NCBI GenBank assembly: GCA_000708835.1
Contig: DF237342.1
Location: 22,537-86,536 of the forward strand
Direction: 5' to 3'
DNA: 64,000 nucleotides
Origin: Klebsormidium nitens
Taxonomy: Eukaryota > Plantae > Klebsormidiophyceae
Shown in pieces: positions 22,447 through 32,937 of this stretch. Each line of letters begins with the position of its first letter. Position 1 is the first letter of the stretch. Position numbers and translations under genes: made by a program. The notes under the pieces are model-generated. The model saw only the letters and a list, made by a program, of their open reading frames with translations, did no database searches and had not been told where the DNA came from.

Positions 22447-23586
22447 TCAAGTTGACCCTACTTTCGATCGATTCTTCTTAAGCTGATACAGTCTGTTACC
22501 TGATAGAGTTTGGCATGACTTGCGAGAACGTTGTAAACCATCTGCCTCAGTCAAGTGTCTGCTAAACGCAGAAGTTTCTTTGACGACCTTGCAGATGCTA
22601 CAACGTTTTGCATCTCTTGCAATATACACTTGTGATGCTTTGATCTTTGTTTCGCTTGCTTTCTTGAGCTCTTTAAAGCAAAGCTTGCAAAATCCATCGA
22701 GACCGGATGCTTTGCGGCAATTGCGATAGAATGCTTCTACAGGCAGGAGAGTGCTACAGCGGTTGCACAAATGTAGGTCATCGGAAGGTTCATGTAGCCG
22801 TGATCTATGGTAGTTTGAACTGCAAGCTCTGCACCGCGTCCGTATGCCACCCTCACTTCTCTTATCAAGGCTGAATTGTCGGATCTTTTTCAAAACACCG
22901 CATTTTGTACATGTCTTGGCCCTCTTCTGAGCCTCTTCCAAGGACAGTAGCATGTGGTCAGGAAGTGCTTTCCCGCTGCGCTTTGCATGGAAAGTGGCTA
23001 GGCACGCTCTGCACCAATCACTTAGTCCATCAGGACCGCTATTCAACCTCCTAAAGTCCACTAGCGGTTTTGAGTCCTCACAATGTCTGCATCTTTTGGC
23101 CAAGACTCCAGAGAACTGCCGCTCTGATTCAGATGCCAGAAAATGCAAGTTGCCTCCTCCTGACCATCCCTCTTCTTTCTTATCATAAGGCTCTGAGGAA
23201 AGTGCCTCCTTAGAGAACGAGCTTCCATCTTTTGCTGATGTTTGGCTAATAACTTGCGACTCAGCCAGATGATCTGCATCCCCAAGCTTGGCCCTTTCGC
23301 TCTCGGATCGAACATATACGGAGCCTAGTCCTAATTTCTTGACCTCTGGACTGTTCAAGGAAGAGTGGATTGGGTGCTGGAAGATGTGCTTTGCAGCCAC
23401 AATTTTGGAGGGATCGTTGCAGCCCGAAGATTTGGAGCCCCAGTTCCAGGCAGCCACAGAATAGCGAGCTACTCTAGCGCCAAGGGCAGAAGATCTTGGC
23501 CCGCAGTCTGCAGGCAGAGAAAGAGGAGAAAATAAAGCCCTGGCGACCGTGCCAGACAGGCGAGGAAACCACGAGAGCGGCGCCAT
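22447..23586 (-). CDS. Intronless 379-aa protein: transit-peptide-like N-terminus plus four CxxC-x5-F-x8-G-x3/4-CxxC zinc-binding repeats
   Basis: Uninterrupted ORF. Repeats begin KRCRHC, KTCTKC, HLCNRC and KRCSIC; the fourth has lost one Cys (RKSC). The N-terminus is rich in S/A/R/L and poor in acidic residues. Confidence 0.75.
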   Translation of the reverse strand: MAPLSWFPRLSGTVARALFSPLSLPADCGPRSSALGARVARYSVAAWNWGSKSSGCNDPSKIVAAKHIFQHPIHSSLNSPEVKKLGLGSVYVRSESERAKLGDADHLAESQVISQTSAKDGSSFSKEALSSEPYDKKEEGWSGGGNLHFLASESERQFSGVLAKRCRHCEDSKPLVDFRRLNSGPDGLSDWCRACLATFHAKRSGKALPDHMLLSLEEAQKRAKTCTKCGVLKKIRQFSLDKRSEGGIRTRCRACSSNYHRSRLHEPSDDLHLCNRCSTLLPVEAFYRNCRKASGLDGFCKLCFKELKKASETKIKASQVYIARDAKRCSICKVVKETSAFSRHLTEADGLQRSRKSCQTLSGNRLYQLKKNRSKVGST

Positions 23587-24618
23587 AGCAACTGAATAAT
23601 GATTCTCCTCCGAGCTTGCTGCATCCCTTCAACTTCAACTTCCAAGTTCATACCTGAGCAGCCTCAGGCTGAGCTCAGCCGTTCCTGGAAAGAGACGCAG
23701 AGGAGACCAGAGCTGCAGTCTGCAGAGCAGACTCAAGCAGACTCAGGCCCGGCCAATGAGCTCAGCGCATCCGAAAAACACGGTCCGACCTGGCAGACTC
23801 TGATTAGCTGCATACACACGCTTAGGTCAGCACCGAGAATTTCTGGCGCGAAGCATGCCCATGACATGACGTCACGGGTGTGTATGTAGCCTATGCTGCA
23901 CGTAGGCTACATAGTATGCAGCTCAGTGTCCTTCAAACAGGCAATGGAAGAAGCCCTTGATCAGCAACGTTCCTCAGCATCGCGGTCTGAGGGTGCTCTG
24001 AGTTGCTTCCCTGTTCAGGCAGATCCTCTTGTGCAAAGTGCTTGGTTGAAATGGTGGAGAGCGTCCGAATGTAACTTTGTGGCGGATTGCAGCAAGCGGA
24101 AGAAGGTAAGATGCCACAGTCGATTCAAGTCTCTCTGGCGACTATCTTGACGGAAGAAGTGAGCAACAACTGGGAGCTGGAGACAGTAGCTCTGCATAGA
24201 GGAGCTAAACAATTGGAGTGGCAGCAGGCACCTTCATTGAGTAGAAGCAATTGTGAATCTTTGTTTCAGGGGTTGCATTGGATGTTCCATCATTGTCAAC
24301 CTGGTTCCTCTGCCTGCTATTCTGATATGAGTATCAATGAGGAGCCTCATTTTGGAGATCTAGGTGTAGCTGATCTGAGCAGAATCTCCAGCAAAGAGCG
24401 GCACTCATCAATTCCAATGCCACTGCGCTTGGGTCAAGCCAATGCTCTTGACAAACCCAACAATCTTAACCAGCTTGGCACTGTCCCGTGGATATCAGTT
24501 TTATGTGCAGTGAGGCCTCTGGTACCTTGAACCTGTGCTTCGAGCTCTGATAAAGGTGAATGTTGATAGGACTTGCTTGTTGGTCATGGCTTAAGCATTC
24601 TTCCTTCCAACTCCCAGG

Positions 24619-27600
24619 ATGGTCGCCCTCTTCCACCCCTTAATCGTCAAGCAAGAACCGTTGGACGAGGCTCCCCAGACCTCCCATGACCCCTCCTTCG
24701 CAAGACCCCCCTTCCTCGAGGTTAAGCTTGAAGTTTTCAAAGAGTCCAGCCAGTCCCGCCCGACTCCCACTTCCAGTCAATCGAGTACCCCTGCAAGCCC
24801 ACAGAGATCAGCACTCATTGACCCGTCAAAGGGGCCCGAGGGCCTCCATGAAGCTAAAGAAGGCGAGTTTCGAGGCGTACGGGAAACCAAAGATGTTGCC
24901 TCAGACAAGGCATCAGCGGTCGAAGCGGAGAACTCAGTTCGTGACTTGGATCCTTGGGGAAGGCAAATGCATAGTCAATCAGCGACCGCTGGAAGTGTTG
25001 ATGCACTTGGGGGAGAAGCAACGGACGGCGCTTTGCACGCTGCTGCGCAGGATGAGTGTTCACCGCTAGCGCCTTGTGAGTATCCCCCGCCGGCGCAAGC
25101 CGCCGCCGCAGACGAAGCGGAGCGGCTGCGAGAGGACCTTCGGAAGATGAGCGTAATGATGGCTCGGTTGCAGGACAAGGTGCTCGCCACGTGCGGTCAG
25201 ACTACGGAGGAGTTTGCTGAAGTGCAAAGGCTCCTGGACAAGAATCAGTCCCTGCTGCATCAACCGCTCGCCCTGGAGCAAGGCTTCGGTTCTAGAATCG
25301 AACCGTCAGAGGGTGCCCTTGTGGAGTGGAAATCGGGTGTTATCGACAGAGAAGGATCGGAAGGGGAAAGAGGGGGAGGATCAGGTGCTTCTGAGACCGA
25401 GCAAAATGGGACGGCAAATGAGAAAGGGGCCCCCGGGGAAGCAGACGCGCCAGACATGTTTGGGAGCAGTGTCACTGGAGTGCGAAGTACTGATTCCGAA
25501 AATCGTCAGGGGGCTTTGGGTCGAAGCAGTCCCTCAGAAGCCGGACCCCGTCGTGCAACCATGTCTGCGGATGTGGATTCGGCAGGGGGGCCATGCACCC
25601 CCGGAAAAGACGGGCCAGTCGTTGCGCCCCAGCGAGGAAATGAGAGCATCTGTGATATTGAGGAGCGAGTCTTGGCAGCTCTTGGGGACGAGCCGCGCGT
25701 GCGGTCGTCCAAAGGGTCCGTGTCCGAAGATGATTTGACAGCTGGCGGTGTCACGGGTGGCGAGAGCGGTACTCCATCTGCGAAGACCGGGGCCACTGAG
25801 GGTCTGCATTCTGCCCCCCGGTTTGGAGAGTCACCCCTGGGGGATCCCTTCAGCCCCACGACCCCTGCAAAGACGGCTACCAAGACGGGGGGTGAGATGG
25901 CAGAGTCACTGACCCCCCCGGGAGGAGAAACAAGCCCGGGCGCCTCGGAGGTGCTTTCTACGGCGGGCGCTGATGAGCACGAGCACTCTGGTGTGAACGG
26001 GCACCTCAGTGAGACCGTCCGCCTTGGTTTGGATTGCCCCCCAGCGCTGGATCCTTTCGACGGAGATGTGGGCAGCGGGTTAGAGGATAACGACGACGGG
26101 TTTGACAGTGAACCCGAGGAAACCCCGCTCATCGAGGAGGAGCGGATTGCAATCGTGCCAATGGTGATGCCACTGCTGTTTGCAGAGAGCGAGGAGGAAG
26201 AAGAAGGCGGGTTAAGAGAACCAGACGGGGTTGCGGTTGAACCTGTGGGGGGGAACCTGGCCGTTCCGGAGGAGGACGTCTGCGAGCCCGAAGTGGTTAA
26301 GAAGAAGGCTAAGAAGCCGGCGAAGGGGCCTGGAAGGAAGCATGTAGCTGGAGGATCCAAGGGTCGGAAGAGTAAGGGGGGAAAAGTGGGAAAGGGAGGA
26401 GGGGTTGCTGACAAAGGGAGCAATACGACACGCGGAGAAGGTAAGACTGGTGGGGGAATGATCACCATTGATGGTGACGATGGGGACGGCATGGAAGATC
26501 GTCCGTGCGCAAGGTCAACAGTAGAGGCGTCCTGGGTTGTCTTCCGTGCTTTGAGCGGGACGATTAGGCTCAGAGAAAGCAGCGATAAACAATGGTCAAG
26601 GAAGTCGTGGCGAGGTTGTGCGTCGTTGTGGGCCTAATGGCCGAGCCTTGCATGAACCATCTTACTACCTCAGCACAAAGCGAGCCATGCCCTCATATTT
26701 TCTCTCCAGAAGGCCTGGACATGAGGTAACGTCCGGGGGACAACCGGCCACCTATCCGCTCCATAATGCGCAGATGGTACGACGCACTGATGCGCTTCCG
26801 TTGGGCTTATGCGTTCGCGACGCCCTTCGGTCGCTGGAATATTTCGCGAATCGTCGAGTTTGATTTTGGCTCACTATTTGCAGCGACACCGGACGAACAG
26901 AGGGCCTGGAAGTCGTACGATCGCGTGTTCAAGAGGAGCTTTATGCGAGTGATGCTGCCATCGCATGTGGGCGGTGGCTACTGGCTGGTGAGCTGAGCTT
27001 CCGCTTCGTCTCGCAGTTTTGATATCCCTTTCTATCCTTCATTCTTCCCTCGTTTCTGTTGGTCGTTCGGATAACAAGCTCTAACTCCAGTGTTCGACCC
27101 AAATCAAGCAGGCCACCCGCGAGTCTGGTGCTCTTCTCCTTTTCGTTTTCCCTCTTTCCAATGCACCCGAATCGTTCCTCACGTCAGTCGCAAGAATTTG
27201 TTGCTTCTCGTGTCCCAACTATGGTCGTCTAAGCTCTCTGGCCGCACGGCAGGCTATACAAAACGATGTGATTGTACGAGTTGCACGCTCCAGAGATTCT
27301 GTTCGTTTTCAATCAAAGAGGAAACTTCTTTCTGGTTAGACTCGGGCGACACCCGAAGTTGTTTGCAAAAGTGTAATCGCAAACTGTGGTGACAAGCCCG
27401 CGAACAGAAATGTTCCTTGGCCCCGAATCTGTTGCAACGACTCCATTCTTACTCCTGCCCTAAGCACGATCCTTGCAACCGACTCACCCCCCTCTCCCCC
27501 GCAGGGCGTGCCGATACCCACCGCAAATCGCTTCATGAAGCGGGGACAGTGCGCGGTCACTTTCGAGTCGGGGGGGAGTAAGCACTCGGTCGTCTGGCTC

Positions 27601-30600
27601 TGGAGGGCACCGGACAGGCCCCCCCGGAACGGCGAAAAGAGTCAAAAAACCAAGAGCGACAGTCGAGGGTTCAGCGGAGGTTGGAAGGGGTTCGCGCGGG
27701 ACCACGGACTGGTGACAGGCGATGCGGTGGTTTTCGAAAAAGTGGGCAACCGTCGGTTCCGGCTGCATCTGTTCCGGCGGAGCGCTTTGGGCGGAAGTGT
27801 GGAGAAGGCCGCAAAGGCTGCGAATGAATTGGCGGAACGGCTTGACGGGGAGGGGGGCGGGAAAGGTTTGGAATTGTCGGGGGGGCAAAAAAAGCGGGCA
27901 GCTGGTGGGGACGAAACGGAGGTGGGGGATGGTCGGTCAGTTGCGAAGCAGGCGAAGCCGGCGAACGTGTCTGGCGACGGAACGACCGGCGGAACGACCG
28001 GAACAGGCGTCCCCGGTGGTGTGGCGAACAAGCAGAGGCGGGGTCTGGACGAAGGGATGGACGGGGTTTTGACTGAGAAGCGGAGGAAAGTAGGGGTAGA
28101 CGAGCGAGGGGGAAAGCGGGCGGAAAAGAACGGAATCTCTTTGATCGGATCAAGTGCACCCGGAGTTGAGCTGCAGACCGCTGCTGAGCGAAGAGTCCGG
28201 GCAAGCGGGTCGTCGGTCGGGACGGCGGACGCGGTGAAAGGTGCGGTGATTGATGAACTTACGGACAAGAAGAAACGGCCGAAGGTGGAGGATTCTACAA
28301 AACCGGAGAAGGGGCCGTTGGCTGAAAGGCCTTCGACAGGGGAGCGTATGGACATGGAATGGAACAAGGAGAAGAGGGGTCTGGTTGGGCAGCCCCCAGC
28401 CCAGGGGGATCCCCCGGTGGGGACGCGGCAGGCGAAGGTGACGGAAATCTTTCCGGTCGTCAAAAGGGCGAAAGTGGGCGTGTCAAAGGACTCCGCTAAA
28501 AGAGAGGAGGGCCGCTCCGGAACCAAAGTCAACGGGGCGGAGGCGCAATCCTCGCCAGCTGGCAATGCGGATGTGACAGCTGTTACGACAGCTGGAAGGA
28601 AGCCCGAGAGAACAGGTGGGTCGGGTGGGGCAAAACGGATCAAGCACACGCCAAAACGGGGCGTTTCGCAGGTTCTGGGGGGGAAGAAGCGGGCTCGAGA
28701 TGAAGGCAAGGAACCCCCCAAGAAGCTGCAGAAAGGCGCCCGGGGCGGGGTCGTTCCAGAGGAGCGGAACGGCGGAACGACGGAAGAGCCGGAAGCGGAA
28801 TACGAGGGGGGCCGGCTGGTGCACTACGTGGACGGGGGCCACCGGTACGTGGAGGCCTCCGAAGCGGACAAAGGGGCGGCGAAAGTAGCGATGGAGCGGT
28901 GCGCGAGCGCGTTCCCGACGTTCCGGGTGGCGCTGTCCAAGTCGCAGACGGACAAAGGATTCAGGCTGGTGAGTGGGCAGGATCGAGGCTTCGTTCAACG
29001 ATTTCTGCAGGTTGTTTACTGATAGACCTGGGGCTCATGTAGGAAGTTGAGCAGGCCTGGAAATCATAGAGTCGGCTGCAGATGAAAGATTTCATCTAGG
29101 AGCACATGAAGGCTGGCTTGTTCGCCAGGTTTCCATACTCGTTTAAGATTCTGGATGCTACTCAGGTTTCAGCACCCTTCTCGACTTCCTTGTGAGTTTC
29201 TTTCGGGGTGCAAACCTTTGCAAGCTCTTGAGGTTGACTCGGTGGCTTGGAACCGCTTGAGGTGCACCTCAGAGCGCTGAGAATCTTCCTTGATTCAAGG
29301 CCATCGAGCCCCCTCCAAATCTGCGGCTTTGGCTGCCGGCTGGGGCTGCCTCCGAATCCCACAATCTATCGAACTGAAGGTGCCTTTGAAGTGCGAACTA
29401 GGAGAACTACGCCTTCTTCAGAGGGCGTCATGACCCAGCTTTCCCACCAAAGACGCCTTCGACCCCTTGCTCGACCATACTTTGGGTCCACGACTCAATT
29501 GCGTCCACGACTTACGATCTCTAAACCACGAATTGAGAATGTTCACCAGAACCTGCTTAACCTGCAGGGCGGGATGACCGACTTCTTCCGCCAGAACGGC
29601 GGCGAGCCCTTCCGCATCACCGCGCTCGCCGACGCACACCGCTGCATCTGACACGACTGAAACTTTCAATCCAAAGATAGGAAATGGAAAAGCTAAGAGT
29701 TTTCCGCTCTGCAGGGAGGGATGACCGACTTCTTCCGCCAGAACGGCCTCGAGCCCTTCCGCATGACCGCGCTCGCCGACGATGGCGGCCGCCTCTGGCA
29801 CGCCAAGATCAACAGCCAGGCCGCCGCGCTCAGCGGCGGCTGGCGCGGCTTCGCGCTGGACCACCGGCTGGAGGTCGGGGACGCGCTCGTCTTCGCTCTA
29901 GTTCTTCCGTACGTGTTCGCCGTGCGCATTTTCAAGGCGTCCCGGGGCGGAAAGGAAGACGACTGCGTGGCCGCGGGGGGCGCGAGCGAGGGGCAGCCGG
30001 TGCGCGGGGAGGAGCGGATACTGTCGGGCGACCAGGTGAGGGGCAATTGGGCTTCTTGCTGACGTAGTGTGACGGAAGCTGACGTCAGGGCGCTGGTTTA
30101 CCAGGCCCGGGCGGTGTGCAGGGAGAAGCGCCGGCAGTTGGGCGACCAGGCTAGGGGATGACGTCACGGGCACTGTCCTGTTGAAGTCTGTACTGTGCTT
30201 CTGGCGCGTTGTCGGGTTTTGTTGATGTCTGCTCGAGCGCGAGCAAAGTCAAGCTTGTAAGTTTCCGGGCTGATTTTGGAGGTTGCTACGATCTGCTCAA
30301 ATTCGACGAAAGGATTTGTTTATTCTTGCCGCTGAGTTCGTCTTTCTTCTATTGGACTTCCAACGGGCTCCTCTTTCTCAATGCGAGAAAGAGGCACAAC
30401 CAGTTTGCATATTGACGCGATTTCACACTCCCCCTGCAGAAGAAGCGACTGGCAACTATCCGCGGGCTCCCCGGGGGCCTCCCGTCGCGAAACCAAAAAC
30501 CTCCCCGTTCAGCGCCCACCTTACCTTCCCCCCAAAACGGAAACAAGCGCCCGACCTCCAAGCCGGCTCAGGGGAGTTCGCTCGCGCGAGCGGACGTTGC

Positions 30601-31339
30601 TCCGAAGGACAAAGGGGGGGCTTTAGAAAAGGCCTTTAGTGGCGGGACCAAGACAACGAAAAGTGCTCTGTCTGGTGGATCGAACGGCGCTCCCCCAAGT
30701 GCTGCCCGCAAGCCAGCTGTCAACCGCACGTGGCCGGTGATCCCTCGCACGGCGACAGCTGTCAAGCGCGCGGTGGGCCTTGGGCCGTCCGGACCTCAGA
30801 CGTCCGAACACGCAGGGCCGTCCCGCAAATCGGACGAGCCCTGTAAAGTAGAGGCGTCCGGAAAAGTGGTAGTGTTTGGCAGTGCCGAAGCGTCCGGAAT
30901 GGCAGAGACGTCCGGAAAAGCGGAAGTGTCCGGCGGCTCCGGACCATCCGACAAAAGAGAGAGGTCCGAGAAAGCAGGAGTGTCCGGCATTCTGGGGCCG
31001 TCAAGAAAAGCAGAGACGTTGGAACGCACAAGAGCGTCTGGCAATTCGGTACTGTCTGGAGAAGCAGAGACGTCCGGAAAAGCAGGTGTTATCGGAAACG
31101 GAGGGGCGACGGAACCCTTCGGGTTGTCCGCAGAGCTAGGGGCGTCCGCATTCCCCAAAGCAGGGACGTCCGACAGAGGGGGTTCCGCGAAACCAGAGGC
31201 AAATGCGAGTGCGCTTGTATCGACAGTGGTACAGATAAAGCACAGCAAGGTGGCGGTGGCGTTCCGAGTTGACAGGAAGAAAAAGGGAGGGTTGAAAAGC
31301 AACGCAGAGCTCATGGCGGAGCGGTTGAATATGCTCTGA
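24619..31339 (+). CDS. REM/VRN1-like transcription factor with two B3 domains (B3-A); exons 24619-26440, [small exon(s) in 26684-26883 uncertain], to 26987, 27505-28968, 29715-30035, 30440-31339
   Basis: B3-like segments FMRVMLPSHVGGGYWL|GVP...FSGGWKGFARDHGLVTGDAVVFEK and FRVALSKSQTDKGFRL|GG...LSGGWRGFALDHRLEVGDALVFAL...VRIFK. GT-AG boundaries are in phase; the last exon runs in frame to TGA 31339. Confidence 0.85.
29560..29635 (+). repeat. Copy of the acceptor and first 22 codons of the B3-A second-B3 exon
   Basis: CTGCAG|GGCGGGATGACCGACTTCTTCCGCCAGAACGGC...GCGCTCGCCGAC, exactly 147 bp upstream of the functional acceptor; stop at 29649. Confidence 0.9.
30111..30165 (+). repeat. Decayed copy of the same exon's 3' end and donor
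   Basis: GCGGTGTGCAGGGAGAAGCG...GGGCGACCAGGCTAGGGG versus CCGGTGCGCGGGGAGGAGCG...GGGCGACCAG|GTGAGGGG; offset 113 bp. Confidence 0.7.
30850..31090 (+). repeat. Coding minisatellite, about 18-bp unit (GCAGAGACGTCCGGAAAA; AE[AT]SGK-like peptide repeats), in the last B3-A exon
   Basis: The translation shows EASGK, EASGM, ETSGK, EVSGG, GVSGI and ETSGK repeats. Confidence 0.65.
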
Positions 31340-32937
31340 GGACTCGCGCTCGCCCATGAATAGTGTGGATGACAATTAGGTGAAGCTGAAGTTCGCACGC
31401 GTATGGCATCATGGCGGACCAGCAAAGCAATCAATGCGTTGTCTAATGTGTCTCTTGGACATGCAGGGTGTATGCCACGCGTGACGCTTTCAGCAGCACA
31501 TCTGACCTTTTACTCAAGGTGGCGTGTGCCAGACCCGGCACCATTTTAATTGTCTGCTCGATCTAGCAGCGCAAGCTTTGCATGATCGACGTACTCGTAC
31601 AAGCAACCCTTCAGTCTATGCAACGTCGATCGAAGTTTGAGCTTCCGACTGAGTAGGAGTCACTGGATGACTGGTCTTTATTTAATGCACTGCACCGTAC
31701 TCGGATCCGCCATTTATGCACAATGTGATTGTGATCCCATCGTGATATTTGTGATCCGATCGAGCGCGCTTACTTCTACTGCATCTTTGTTGGAATGATT
31801 CAATCGTGAAGTCTGCTCATGCCGCAGCTGCATGTTATGGTGAGTCCGATAGCCTAACGTAGCGGCCAAACAGCAGAAATCGAGCACGCATGCACCATGT
31901 CGATCCACCATATGTGCATGTGGATTAGCGTACTTGCAGTGGATACCTACTCGGTCGACTCTAGCTTTGCAATCATCAATGAATCATTCAGCTAGGGTGT
32001 ATAGAGAGCCAAGACTTGAAGAACTTCATGTCGGGGGCTTAGGAGCGTACGTAGTCGATTGTACTGTGCCAGAAGCCATTTGCGACTCCGTGGTCACGCT
32101 TCAACCCTTGGGCCTTGAAGTCAAGCCGAGATCCTTGACCATTATTTGGTAGGCTGCTCATAGTCTAAGCTGCATCAATCGGTGATAGGTGCATGTGCAT
32201 GCAATGATGTGACCAATCAGTTCCGGTGACGGCGGTGACAATCGACGATCGCGCTGAAGGTCGCCGACAATCGCATACTGGTGAAGTGTGACACGAGACA
32301 GACTGCACTAGGACCCGGTAAAGACAACTTTCACCAGGTTCTCGGACTCCGCTTGCCCCGCTCACCAGATATGTAATCACCTCCAAAGGTCAACGCTTAG
32401 CTTGGGGTTTCAAACCGCGTTTTGAGCCCGTCTGGGTTCTTCATTTGTGAGCGGGTTAATCGGTGCCACGCTGGCGTTATGGATTCCCAGTCAGCTCTTA
32501 TTACTGAAGGAAACACTGAGGACAGGGAAGTACTACCACGCTGAATTGACCACTTCGCGCACTCGCCCGATGACGCGAACCAGTATTCCAGAAATGCGAT
32601 ATGAAATGCAACGATAATTGCAGCTTTGATGGCGCTCGAGTGTTCGAAGCTTTCACCTGCAGGCTGGGTGCTTTGATGCAGAATGCGGACGTATTGCGCA
32701 TTCTTGCTGGAGGTATCTTGGGAATGATTGTGTGGCAGAATTGGCGAGTACTTCAATCTCCCGAGGGTCGCACCCTCTTTTCTGCATCCAACGACCTAAC
32801 ATGCCATCATGAGCTGTCACAAAGTCTTGAGGGATTGCAGCAGATAGAGAGTTTCTCTCCTGGAGTAGCTGGGACGATTCCTCCAATTAGATAAAACAAG
32901 CCCAACCGGAAGCATAATGTTTCCCTGTTGCAGCGGC

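Noticed and set aside
25506-28721. Long minus-strand ORFs (328, 359 and 177 aa) and similar ones at 30796-31434, 52069-52688 and 58737-59276
   Set aside because: They are antisense shadows of GC-rich, low-complexity B3-gene exons; Pro/Ser-rich with no motifs.
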